Under the pieces are notes generated by a model. It had not been told where the DNA came from and searched no databases. It saw only the letters and a list, made by a program, of their open reading frames with translations. Below are positions 21,466-33,770 of a DNA stretch of 64,000 nt, piece by piece. Each line of letters starts with the position of its first letter. Within the stretch, counting starts at the first letter, position 1. The position numbers were made by a program, and so were the translations under genes. This DNA comes from Squalus acanthias (taxonomy: Eukaryota), in assembly GCA_030390025.1 (NCBI GenBank), contig CM059432.1:106394001-106458000 (forward strand). Reading direction: 5' to 3'.

Positions 21466-23262
21466 CTACTGTTTGCCCTTCGAGGGTGATCTCCTTCCCT
21501 TGCGCACGTCCCCCCTTCTCACCCTACTGCTCCTCCGTAATGGGGCCCCAGTGGCTGCAGCAAGGCTGGTGGAAGGCTGCTGAATGTCAGAACCTGAGAC
21601 TACAGATGTCCTTGAAGGACGCTCTCGACCAGCTCTGGGCCTGGAGGGCCCGGCTTCAGACTGCACCAACTCTGCATGGGCGGCAGCAGTCTGGGCTACA
21701 GGCGGTGGCAAGTGCAATGGGGAAGTGACAGTGGTGGGAGCAGGAATGCTATTATTTTGAGGGAGGACAGCACCTCCCTGCTCAACCGACACACTGGCAC
21801 CCCCACGGGGCAGCACCTCAGCATCCGGAGCAATCTGCTGGAACACAGATTGCTGGCCTGCTGCGGCGTGGTGAGAGCCCCGGGGAAATATCTCCAAACC
21901 AGCGACAATGGCAGCAGTCAGTGCTTGCGTGGCCTCAATCTGAGACTGCATGAGACCAGTCTGAGATTGGATCACGGCAGCCAGTGACTGAATTGCAGCA
22001 CTAAGCATTTGCGTGGCATCCGCCTGTGCTGCAGCGTAGTGCTCCACACTCCTTGCCAGTGCATCAATGCTTTCGGGCACCCTTCCCACTGCACCCATGA
22101 GCTGAGTGTGCATGTCCACCGCCTGGGTGTTCATTTCAGCGATGAGCCGCTCCTCCTCTGCGTCCAGTGCTGCAGGATTCGCTGGCCTACTCTCCCTCCG
22201 GGGAGAAGGCCCACAAGCTTCCCTTGCCACATCGCGTTGCTGCAGCCCGCTGGGTCCTGGAGCTTCACCCTCATCAGACCCTTCCCCCCGGCTCCCCTCC
22301 AGGGAAGACGTGTTCCCAGTGTGGGCATGGGCTTCCTCGGGAGAGGGTGGTGCTGAGGCTCTGGCTTCCTCTTCCTCCTCGCCTGCGGCTTCGCTCCCAC
22401 TGGCAGCTTGAGGGCCCGTCTCCTCAGCTGGTGAATCACCATCTGAAAGCAGGGAGGTACAAGAGTGGCTTTAGCGTCAGGACAGAGGGGCAGTAAGGGA
22501 GGAAGGAGTGCAGCGATTTCGTAAGTTGGATTGAAAGTGTCAAAGGCTGGTGTTGTGAGGGACAAGTGGAAGGACAGAGGACAAAAAGGTGCTGACCTTA
22601 CCATTGCTGTCCAGAACGGGGTCGACCTCTCCAGGGACGACGGGACCGATCACCTGGCTTGCCACAATCCTGTGGACGCGCGCCTCAAGATCACTGAGGG
22701 GTTGCAGCTGAGGCCGCCCTCCACCCGCCCGTTGCTGCTGTCTCCTGTTATGAGATAGCTTGGCCTGCAAGAAAAAGGACGGCGTCTGAGTAAATATACA
22801 GCCATGGTCTTGCCTGATGTGCCTCCCATAGTTGAATAGCCCTTACTGTGGGCAGCCATTCTCTTGCCTGATGTGCCTCCCATAGTTGAATAGACCTTAC
22901 TGTATGCAAGGTGTGGAATGTGCGTGTGTGTTTCATGAGAGGGCCATAAGTGTTGGATGAGTGTTGGGACCCTCTGGCCATAGAGTGAGGTTGAGATGGA
23001 GAGGTATTGAAAAAAAGCCACTCACCCTGATGACCCGAGTGAGGTCATTGAACTTTTTGCTACATTGAGTATGGGTCCTGGGCACCATGCTCCTGGAGGA
23101 GACGTGCTGAGCCACCTCCCTCCACACTCTTCTGTAGTCGTGCGACAAAGGCCTCCTGCCACTCTCAGGGTAGAGTATAGATCTTCTGCGCTCCACCACG
23201 CCAACCAGAGCCTCCAAGGCCCGCTCACTGAAGCGCTGAGCTCGTTCTCTTACCCTCTCCAT
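21466..23262 (-). CDS. Harbinger Myb/SANT-like DNA-binding protein, 3 exons (23262-23026, 22764-22602, 22442-21466; 458 aa)
   Basis: RFSERALEAL..VWREVA..QCSKKFNDL trihelix. GT-AG introns (AGG|GTGAGT, TTGCAG|GCC, G|GTAAGG, TTTCAG|AT) have compatible phases. The spliced 1377 nt are open. Confidence 0.88.
22799..22903. repeat. 54-bp tandem duplication in intron 1 of the Myb gene
   Basis: TCTTGCCTGATGTGCCTCCCATAGTTGAATAG at 22808 and 22862. Confidence 0.9.
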
Positions 23263-24843
23263 AGTCCTTGGCTGGAAAATTTAGGCACAGGTCTCTCCAG
23301 GCCGAGATTCGAGGCTCCAATGAGCAGGGTGTGGCTGGAGAGCAAGATCAACCCTCCCCTTTCAGAACTGACCGGCGCCAGTGTGTCTGTGTTCCATCGC
23401 TAACTGACATCACCTGAGCTGCCCCCGCACGCTGAGTTAGCGCCTCGCTCCTCGGCGTTAGCGCCTTAAGACAGGTGTGCAGCGCCTGATTTAGTGCTCC
23501 AATCACCTCCAGGGGCAATAAAAGCCAAGTTTGCAGTTGGAGGTGATAATTAGCATCAGGCGCTAAACTTTGCGCCCGGCCGATAATTGCGCCCCAAACG
23601 GGGCGATACTGAATTTCTTCCCCGAGAGTTTCCAGGAGTACACGTTCCAGGAATTGGCCACCCCACAGCTACAGCATATTCAGGAGGATAGTAAGGAGGT
23701 GGCCATCCGACATGGTAGGAAGAGGCAGGCAGTGGAGAAATCCTCCGTGAGTGTGGTACTCTCAAACGGTTTCCGGTGCTGAATACCAGTGAGGGTGACG
23801 ACACCTTAGGGGAGAGCAGTCTAGAGCACATCTATGGCACTGTGGGGCAAATTACTGCATGGGGGGCACAGCGAAGTGTAGAAATGAAATGGTCATAGGG
23901 GATTCGAAGTCAGGGGGATAGACAGGCGTTTCTGCAACCGCCAATGTGTTGCCTCCTTGGTGCCAGGGTAAAGGACATCACTGAAAGGGTGCAGACCATT
24001 TTGAAGGGGGAAGGGGAACAGCCAGAAGTCGTGGTCCATGTTGGAACTAATGATATAGGAAGGAAAAGGGTTGAGGTCCTGCAGTCAGAGTTTCAGGAGC
24101 TAGAGAGGAAGTTACAAAGCAGGACCTCAAAGGTAGTAATCTCTCGATTACTCCCAGTGCCATGTGATTGTGAGTAAAGGAATAGTAGGATCAAACAGGT
24201 TAACACGTGGCTGGAGAAATGGTGCAGGGGGGAGAATTTGCGGAGGGAGAACTTCAGATGCCTGGGGCATTGGGACCACTTCTGAGGCAGGAGGGACCTG
24301 TTCAAGGTGGACGGGTTGCACCTCAACAGAGCTGGGAAAAATGTCCTCGTGGGAAGGCTAACTAGTACTGTGGGGAGGGTTTAAACTAATTTGGCAGGGG
24401 GTGGACACCAGGATAAAATATTAGAGAGGAGAGACAAGGTGCACAGAGGGCTGGGAGAGACAAATAGCATGAGAATAAAGAATAGTTCAGAAATAGGAGG
24501 GATCAGACGCGGGGTAAATGCCAGGTAGTCTAAAATGGGCTTGGAGTGCATGTACGTAAATGCATGTTGCGGGGGTAAATAACGTTGGTCAGCTGCAGGC
24601 ACATAGGATTACATAGGATATACGGCACAGAAACAGGCCATTTGGCCCAACCAGTCCATGCCGGTGTTTATGCTCCACACGAGCCTCCTCCCGTCTTTCC
24701 TCATCTAAATCTATCAGCATAACCCTCTATTCCCTTTTCCCTCATATGCTTGTCTAGCCTCCCCTTAAATGCATCTATACTATTTGCTTCAACCATTCCC
24801 TGTGGTAGCGAGTTCCTTCTGAATTCCCTATTGGATTTCTTGG

Positions 24844-26867
24844 AAAAGCAGACAGAGGGAACCGCAGTGCAGCAACCGAAGAAGAAAGAGTCAAATTGGA
24901 CCCCTCCGGAGGGTCGCTGCCCTAAGCTTGACATGTATGCTCAAGCTGTCAGGAAATGCATCAACGCCAGATTCATCAGCCGCACTCACAAGACAGTCCA
25001 GAATGTCACCCGAGCACAACGCAACGCCATCCACGCTCTCAAGACCAACCGCAACATCGTCATCAAACCAGCGGACAAAGGAGGAGCCATCGTCATACAG
25101 AACAGAATGGACTATTGCAAAGAAGCATACCGACAACTGGACAACCAGGAACACTACAGACAGTTACCCGCAGATCCGACCAAAGAACACACCCGCCAAC
25201 TCAATAGACTGATCAAGACCTTCGATCCAGACCTTCAAAGCATCCTACGCGCTCTCATCCCACGTACTCCCCACGTGGGAGACTTCTACTGCCTCCCAAA
25301 GATACACAAAGCCAACACACCCGGACGTCCTATCGTATCAGGCAACGGAACCCTGTGTGAGAACCTCTCTGGGTACGTCGAGGGCATCCTGACACCCATC
25401 GTACAGGGAACCCCCAGCTTTTGTCGCGACACTACAGACTTCTTACAGAAACTCAGCACCCATGGACCAGTTGAACCAGGAACACTCCTCGCCACGATGG
25501 ACGTATCGGCACTCTACACCAATATCCCCCACGATGACGGCATCGCTGCGACAGCCTCAGTACTCAACACCAACAACAGCCAATCTCCAGACGCCATCCT
25601 ACAACTCATCCGCTTCATCCTTGACCACAATGTCTTCACCTTCGACAACCAGTTTTTTACCCAAACACACGGAACAGTCATGGGGACCAAATTTGCACCC
25701 CAATACGCCAACATCTTCATGCACAAGTTCGAGCAAGACTTCTTCGCTGCACAGGACCTCCAACCAACGCTGTACACCAGATACATCGACGACATCTTCT
25801 TCCTTTGGACCCACGGCGAAGGATCACTGAAAGGACTACACGATAACATCAACAGGTTCCATCCCACCATCAAACTCACCATGGACTACTCCTCAGAATC
25901 GGTTTCATTCTTGGACACACGAATCTCCATCAAAGACGGACACCTCAGCACTTCACTCTACCGCAAGCCCACGGACAACCTCACGATGCTCCACTTCTCC
26001 AGCTTCCACCCTAACCACGTTAAAGAAGCCATCCCCTATGGACAAGCCCTGCGAATACATAGGATCTGCTCAGACGAGGAGGAACGCGATGGACACCTAC
26101 GGACGCTGAAAGACGCCCTCGTAAGAATGGGATATGACACTCGACTCATCGATCGACAGTTCCGACGGGCCACAGCGAAAAATCGCATAGACCTCCTCAG
26201 AAGGCGAACACGGGACACAACCAACAGAGTACCCTACGTCGTCCAGTACTTCCCCGGAGCGGAGAAACTATGCCATGTTCTTCGCAGCCTTCAACATGTC
26301 ATCGATGACGACGAACACCTTGCTAAGGCCATCCCCACGCCTCCACTACTCGCCTTCAAGCAGCCACCTAACCTCAAAAGTACCATTGTTTGCAGCAAAT
26401 TACCCAGCTGTCAGGAGAAAAGCGACCACGACACCACACAACCCTGCCACGGCAACCTCTGCAAGACATGCCAGATCATCAACACAGATACCATCATCAC
26501 ACGTGAGGACACTACCCACCAGGTACATGGTACATACTCATGTGACTCGGCCAACGTTGTCTACCTCATACGTTGCAGGAAAGAATACACCGCAGCATGG
26601 TACATTGGCGAGACCATGCAGACACTGCAACAACGTATGAACGGACACTGCGCAACAATCGCCAGGCAGGATTGTTACCTCCCAGTCGGGGAACACTTCA
26701 GCAGTCAAGGACATTCAGCCTCGGATCTGCGGGTTAGCGTTCTCCAAGGCAGCCTTCGAGACACACGACAACGCAAAATCATCGAGCAGAAACTGATAGC
26801 CAAGTTCCGCACCCATGAGGACAGCCTCAACCGGGATCTCGGTTTCATGTCACGCTACAGGACGTGA
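24844..26867 (+). CDS. Penelope RT + GIY-YIG endonuclease (N-terminally truncated, otherwise open, ~670 aa)
   Basis: IKPADKGG, LPKIHK, GRPIVS, MDVSALYTNIP, GTVMG, RYIDD, FLD, YRKPT, C-x4-C-x2-C, VVYLIRC..WYIGET..RMNGH and GEHF. Confidence 0.95.
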
Positions 26868-27098
26868 CTCGACGTCGTTGTCTGGTTTACAGATGTGATT
26901 TCCAGTTTAAAAAAAAAGTAAAAAGCTTAACTGCAGACTGCAGCATTTGACATGTTGGACCCCCTGTGACCCCACCTCATTGTCTTAGCTGTACTCTGCT
27001 GTGTCTTTGATGTAATGCCTCCCTGATGGATTGTATCTCTGCAGACACATTGTTCTCTGTCTATATATACTTTGTAACCGATTTGTATTCCCTCACTG

Positions 27099-27133
27099 TA
27101 CCTGACGAAGGAGCAGAGCTCCGAAAGCTCGTA
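27099..27133 (+). ncRNA. Minimal type I hammerhead ribozyme in Penelope pLTR
   Basis: UAC-CUGACGA-A-GGAGC AGA GCUCC-GAAA-GC-UC-GUA, preceded by TATATATA at 27062. PLE pLTRs are known to carry minimal hammerheads. Confidence 0.82.
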
Positions 27134-30100
27134 ATTTCAAATAAAACTGTTGGACTGTAACCTGGTGTTGTGCGACTTCTCATTTTTGTCCACCCCAGTC
27201 CAACACCGGCATCTCCGCATCAGGATTTCTTGGTGACTATCTTATATTGATGGCCTCTAGTTATGCTCTTCCCCTCGCATTTCTGATATCATCCTTGTAA
27301 ATCTTCTCTGCACCCTCTCCAGTGCCTCTATATCCTTTTTATAATATGGCAACCAAAACTGCACGCAGTATTCCAAGTGTGGTCTCACCAAGGTTCGATA
27401 CAGGTTTAGCATAACTTCCCTACTTTTCAATTCTATACCTCTAGAAATAAACCCTAGTGCTTGGTTTGCTTTTTTTATGGCATTGCTAACCTGTGTCGCA
27501 ACTTTTAGTGATTTGTGTTTTTGTCCTCTGAGAACCCTTTGTTCCTCTACCCCACCTAGACTCGCACTCCTCAAGTGATAAGTGAGGTCCCTATTCTTCC
27601 TACCAAAATGTAATACCTCACATTTATCTCTGTTGAACTTCATTTGCCAATTATATGCCCATTCTGCAAGTTTATTAATGTCCTCCTGTAATTTGTTGCA
27701 GTCCTCCTCAGTATTGACTATCCCCCCCAATTTGGTGTCATCTGCAAATTTACAAATTGTGTTTTTGATTCCTAAGTCTAAATCGTTAATGTAAATTGTG
27801 AACAGCAGTGGTCCCAGCACTGATCCTTGTGGAACACCACTACCCACCTTCTGCCACTGTGAATAGCTACCCTTTACTCCTACTCTCTGCTTTCTGTCCT
27901 GAAGCCAGCCAGCAATCCATTCTGCTACTTGTCCCCTGACTCCGCATTCTCTGACCTTGTTCATCAGTCTATTATGGGGTACCTTATAGAAGGCCTTTTG
28001 AAAATCCAAATAAATTACATCTACTAATTACCAATGACTACTCTCTCTGTTACCTCTTCAAAAAATTCAATGAGGTTGGTCAAGCAAGACTCTCCCTTTT
28101 GAAATCCATGCTGACTATTCATTATTATATTTTTGGTTTCTAGATGCTCTTCTATTTTCTCCTTTTGTAGGGATTCCATTATTTTTCTTATCACCGATGT
28201 TAAGCTGACTGGTCTATAATTCCCTGGACATGTTCTGTCCCCCTTCTTAAATATCGGTATTATTTTAGCTATCCACCAGTCCTTTGGCACTACACCTTTT
28301 TCTAACGAATTATTAAATATGCGTAGTAATGCCTCTGCTATCTCTGCCCTAGATTCTTTTAAAATGCGTGGATGCAATCCATCCGGACCAGGGGTTTTAT
28401 CCTCTTTGAGTTTAATTGGTTAATTTAATATATCCCCTTTTTTAATTTAAAAGCACTTATCTCATTACTAATCTCATCATCCAATGTCATGCCCACCTGT
28501 TCTATCTCCCTGGCAAATACTGAAGCAAAATAATTATTTAATATTTCTGTCATCTCTACACATCGTTACCTGTGGTATTAGCCTGTCTATCCCATAATGG
28601 CCATATTCCCATCCCAAACTTACTTTTTTTATTGATATGCCGATAAAATATTTTACTATTTTGTTTTATGTTCCTTAATAATTTAATTTCATAGTTCCTC
28701 TTTGCCTCCCTAATTGGTTTTTGACTTCTCTCCTAATCTTTTTGTATTCTCCCGTATCATGCACTCCCCTGCTGTCTATGTACTTAATGTATGCCTCTTT
28801 CCTTACCCTCAATTGTTCCCTTATGGCTTTATTCATCCATGGAGTCTCATTATTGTTTAGTTTGTTCTTTCCTTTCAGCGGAATATATTTTTCCTGCACT
28901 CTGTTGAACACCGTTTAAAATGTTTCCCATTGCTGTTCTACATCGTTGTTTGCCAATATTGTTGCCCATTTTTTCCCCCCAAGTTCTATTCTCAGCCCCT
29001 CAAAATCAGCTTTTCTCCAATCTATGAACCTGGTTTTCATCATACTTATGTCCTTCTCAATTATTATCTTAAAGCGTATTATATTATGGTCACTATTGCC
29101 TAGATGTTCCCCTACTTTTACTTCTCATCTGCTCTGGTTCATTCCCCATTACTAGATCCAATAGCAAATCCGCCCTTGTTGGGCTTTTTACATATTGGGT
29201 TAGAAAGGAGTCCGGTACACATTGAAGGAACTCCATTCACTTATCCCCTTTACCTACCTCTTCTGTCCAATTAATATCAGAGTAGTTGAAATCCTCCATG
29301 ATTATTATTCTATGTTTTTTACTCATTTCCCTAATTTGTCTGCATATTACTTCTTCCACCTCCCTTCCACTATTAGGTGGTCTATAGACTACGCCTATTA
29401 GTGTGATTGATCCTTTAATATCTTTTATCTCTATCCATATGGATTGTATTTTTGTCTTGCTGATATCTGCGTCACCTTTTTCTACTGCCATTATGTTATC
29501 CCTAATAAGTACAGCTACTCCACCTCCCCTTTTTCCCTCCCTATCTTTTCTAAATATTTTATACCCTGAAATGTTTAATTCCCAGTCCTGATTTTTCTGT
29601 AGCCATGTCTCAGTAATCCCTACTATGTCTGGTTCCTCGCAACGCATGATTGCCTCCAGCTCCCCTGTTTTATTACGGACACTGTGTGCATTGCTGTACA
29701 GACAGTTGAACTCACTTTTAATAGGATTTCCTCTCACTTTATGTTTAACCATCTTTTTAGACTCCTGTTCTATAACTCTAGTTATTCCCTTGCCATCAAT
29801 GTCCTCCCTTACTTTATTCTTTCCTATGCTCTCTTTTCCTGTTTTGTTTACATTTAGGCTGGTTACGTTTCTTGTAGATCCCTCCCCCCATCTTACTAGT
29901 TTAAAGCCTTTGCCACCTCCCTATTCACCCTTTCCGCTAGGACACGGGTGCCATTCCGGTTCAGGTGGAGCCCGTCCCATTGGTACAGCTCCTTCCTGTC
30001 CCAGAACTGGTGCCAGTATCCCATGAAAGGAATCCCTCTTTCCCACACCAGGCCTTTAGCCATGTGTTAATTCTCCTGATCTGTCTGCTTCTATGCCAAT

Positions 30101-31075
30101 TTGCACATGGCTCGGGCAATAATCCAGAGATTATTACCCTCGAGGTCCTGCTTTTTAATTTAGATCCTAACGCCTGATACTCTTTCAGCAGGAACTCCTC
30201 CCTGTTCCTACCTATGTTATTTGTTCCAACATGGACCACGACAACTGGATTTACCCCCTCCCTTTCCAAGTTCATCTCCAGCCACCGTGAGATATCCCTT
30301 ACCCTGGCATCGGGTAGGCAACACACCCTTCGGGATTCTCATTCTTGGCTGCAGAGGACGCTATCTATCCCCCTAATTATAGAGTCCCCTATAACTACCA
30401 CATTTCTATTCTGCTCTTTCCCCCCTTGGACAGCCTTCTGACCCACAGTGCCTTGGGCTGCATTGTGGCTGTCCACCCTGCAGTCTTTCTCCTTGTCCTC
30501 ACCGGTAGCGAGTACATCGTACCTGTTGGACAGGACCAGTGTCTGCGGGACCTCCTTCTCAACCTTTCCTAAATCCCCGCTACCCACCTCCCTAACAGTC
30601 ACACCCTCCCCTTCCTGAACCTGTGCTTTCCTCTGGGGTGTGACTGTATTCTGGATAAAAATGTCTAGAAATTCCTCCCCCTCCCTTATGTGTCGGAGTG
30701 TCTCTCAATGACTCTGAGCCGGAGAGATTCGAGACGGAGACATCTCCTGTAGACGTGTTTGCTTGGGACAGTCTCGCTGTCCACAAACTCCCACATACTG
30801 CAGTCCAGACACACAACCTGCCCTGCCACATCTTAGACTAGCCTTATTTTATTTATTTAATTAGTTAAAGTCTTTATTCAATGATTATTTATAGTTATAT
30901 TAATTAGTTCAACTAGTTAAGCTATAAATTAAATGCAGTATTTTATAGTTTCCCGCTCCTAGTTTAAACCACTGTTTTAGTTTAGAGAGAAAAAAAAACC
31001 TTAATACTCACCAACCAATCACCTACCTGCTGTCCTGTGACATCACACCTTGGTTTTTTTTGGAAATCGTGGAAG

Positions 31076-31692
31076 GTTCCGCCACCGCTGCCCCTGCCTC
31101 CGATTAGGTCCGCGCTGTTCCTCCGCTCTCTCCTTTATGTTCCACCACCGCTGGTGTCTCTGATTAGGTCCGCGCTGTTCCTCTGCTCTCTCCTTTATGT
31201 TCCACCACCGCTGGTGTCTCTGATTAGGTCCGCGCTGTTCCTCCGCTCTCTCCTTTATGTTCCACCACCGCCCGTGCCTCCAATTAGGTCCGCGCTGTTC
31301 CTCCGCTCTCTCCTTTATGTTCCACCGCTGCTGGTGTCTCTGATTAGGTCCGCGCTGTTCCTCCGCTCACTCCTTTATGTTCCACCACCGCTGGTGTCTC
31401 CGATTAGGTCCGCGCTGTTCCTCTGCTCTCTCCTTTATGTTCCACCACCGCTGGTGTCTCTGATTAGGTCCGCGCTGTTCCTCCGCTCTCTCCTTTATGT
31501 TCCACCGCCCGTGCCTCCGATTAGGTCCGCGCTGTTCCTCCGCTCACTCCTTTATGTTCCACCGCTGCTGGTGTCTCTGATTAGGTCCGCGCTGTTCCTC
31601 CGCTCTCTCCTTTATGTTCCACCGCCCGTGCCTCCGATTAGGTCCGCGTTGTTCCTCCGCTCTCTCCTTTATGTTCCACCGCCGCTGCCTCT
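31076..31692. repeat. 60-bp (some 57-bp) tandem repeat, about 10 units
   Basis: Unit TCCACCACCGCTGGTGTCTCTGATTAGGTCCGCGCTGTTCCTCCGCTCTCTCCTTTATGT, with two main variants. Confidence 0.97.
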
Positions 31693-31942
31693 GATGGGAC
31701 TTTGATATAGTGGCAATAACAGAGACCTGGTTCAAAGAAGGGGAGGATTGTGAACTTAATATTCCTGGCTACAAGGTATTCAGGAAAGATAGGGAAGGGA
31801 AATAAAGGAAGGTGGTGGCAGCATTGATCAAAGAAACTATTATAGCATTGGAGATGAATGATGTAGCTGTGGGGTCAAAGACAGAATCTATTTGGTTAGA
31901 ATTAAGGAACAATAGAGGAGCTATTACGCTACTGGGTATATA

Positions 31943-33245
31943 CAGGGAGGCAGGAAGATGACTTCAATATTAGGGTGGGCGAATTGGAGTGCCGGCGGGT
32001 GGCTGGGGGCATTGTCGAGGATGAGTAGGACCTTGAAAGCCAGATTTTTTTTCGCAAGGTACCGCTCCACATCATGCACAAAACAGTTATGAAACCAGTC
32101 CATGAAGACTGCAGCAGTAACCCACGCCTTGCGGTTAGAACGCCAAAAGACAGGGAGATAGTTTTTGTTTTTGCCCTTCAGAGCGCGGGGATTCAGAGAG
32201 CGGTAGAGCAGCATCGGCTTCACTAAACAGTCCCCCTCGGTGTTAGCACAAAGGAGAAGGGTCACCCTATCCTTAGCCACCTTGAATCCCGAAGCATGCT
32301 TCTCAGCCTTCGCGATGAAAGTTCGGGAAGGCATCCGCTTCCAGAAGAGACCAGTCTCATCTGCATTAAATACCTGCTCCAGCAAGTAACCCTTCTCGGC
32401 GATCAACTTCTTCAGCTCCTCCGGGAACTTGGCAGCGACCTCGTGATCGGCTGAGGCCGATTCCCCCACAACCTTGAGGTTAGTCAAGGCGAACCTCTTC
32501 TTAATATTTTCCAACCAGCCCTTACTCGCTTGAAACTTTATGTCATCTACACTTTCCCCGGCAGCCACAGTAAGATGCTTGTAGATACTAAGGGCCTTCT
32601 TACATACCCATGCGGAATTAACATTCACTTTTTTCTGGTTCTGGTCTTCCAACCAGATATTAAGTGCCTTCTCCATTTTTTCAAGCTTATGGTCCCATGG
32701 CATAAACGACACTTTAGCACTTTTCGAAGAGCCACCCGCAATACTAGCCCTTATCGACACTTCACTTTTTAAATAGTTCTAATGGTGGACTCGTTAACCC
32801 CCATTAGTCGTCCAACCGACGCTGTACTTTCACCACGGGCAAGTCTATTAACGACATCTAATTTCCTATCTAAGGTTAGTACATTCCTTGCCCTTTTCGC
32901 TATTGATTCACCTTTACCACTGAGATTATGCTTAGGGGCCATGATTAAGGGCTAAACAGAACAATACTGTAATTAAAGGCAAAATGGGTAGCAACGAGAC
33001 GACGTTCACACACACACAGTATTTCCACGAGTGGAGCGAGACCACGCGTGGTAGTAAATATGCTCAAAAGAGCGGCGCGGATGAATGGAGTCTCGTGTTT
33101 GGAAGCGCGACCTGTGAAACTTGAAAATTAAAAACCGCGTATACGCAAAATTCACTGCCGTGGTTGGCAAAATTTGTCGCAGAGAGGAAACCGTGTCTAC
33201 TTGAAATCCGCGTATGGCAAAACCGCGGTTGGGGCGGGATTCCTG
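31943..33245 (-). mobile_element. Tigger/pogo DNA transposon, internally deleted, pseudogenised transposase (32943-31945)
   Basis: MAPKH..LTLDRKLDVV (HTH), one stop at ~32770, FQASKGWL, VFNADETGLFWK, KDRVTLLLCAN and LLILDNAPSHP. Ends TA|CAGG...CCTG|TA. Confidence 0.92.
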
Positions 33246-33770
33246 TACTATAGGCCACCAAATAATGGGAAGGAGATAGAGGGGCAAAATTGCAGGTAAC
33301 TTACAGAAAGATGCAAGAACTACAGAGTAGTGATAATGGAGGACTCAATTATCCTAATATAGACTGGGATAGTGACAGTGTAAAGGGCAAAGATGGAGGA
33401 AATTCCTGAAATATGTACAACTTTCTTGATCAGTGTGTTTCCAGCTCAACGAGTAAGGAAGCAGTGCTGGATCTAGTTCTGGAGAATGAAGTGGGGCAAG
33501 TGGAGCAGTTTCAGTGGGGGAGCATTTGGGGAACAGTGATCATAATATCATCAGGTATAGAATAGTTATGGAAAAGGACAAGGAAAAATCAAGCGTAAAA
33601 ATACTTAACTGGAGGAGGGCTAACTTCAGTGAGTTGAAAAGGGATCTGGCCCAGATGGATTGGAATCAAAAATCAAAGAGGAGATGGTTCTGATACAGAA
33701 TAGACACATTCCCATGAGGGGGAAAGGAAGGGCATCCAAAGCTAGAGTTCCCTGAAAGACAAAGGATAAT

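Larger units (their letters stand above)
19463..23623 (+). mobile_element. Complete PIF/Harbinger DNA transposon (4161 bp)
   Basis: TIRs GGGGAAAAATTCAGT / ACTGAATTTCTTCCCC and TSD GAG at 19460-62 and 23624-26. Contains convergent transposase and Myb/SANT genes. The empty site restores CR1 ORF1 REAESF. Confidence 0.95.
24844..27222 (+). mobile_element. 5'-truncated Penelope-like element (family A)
   Basis: 11-bp TSD GGATTTCTTGG at 24833-24843 and 27223-27233. ORF plus pLTR ending CCGGCATCTCCGCATCA. Confidence 0.95.
24601..31692 (-). mobile_element. Full-length degenerate CR1 LINE with tandem-repeat 5' end, interrupted by Penelope
   Basis: ORF1 pieces 30831-29900 (VVIGDSIIRG, HVGTNN) and ORF2 pieces 29752-27257. 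The 3' tail resumes at 24843-24601. Confidence 0.9.

Noticed and set aside
24750..24843. N-terminus of the 705-aa Penelope ORF
   Set aside because: Antisense CR1 sequence outside the TSD, in frame by chance.
31037..31705. 222-aa repetitive ORF or CRISPR-like array
   Set aside because: Head-to-tail 60/57-bp repeat with no unique spacers and no cas genes. The ORF follows from unit lengths divisible by 3.
31924..32943. Domesticated TIGD gene
   Set aside because: Internal stop, truncated DDD domain and TA-flanked insertion in a CR1.
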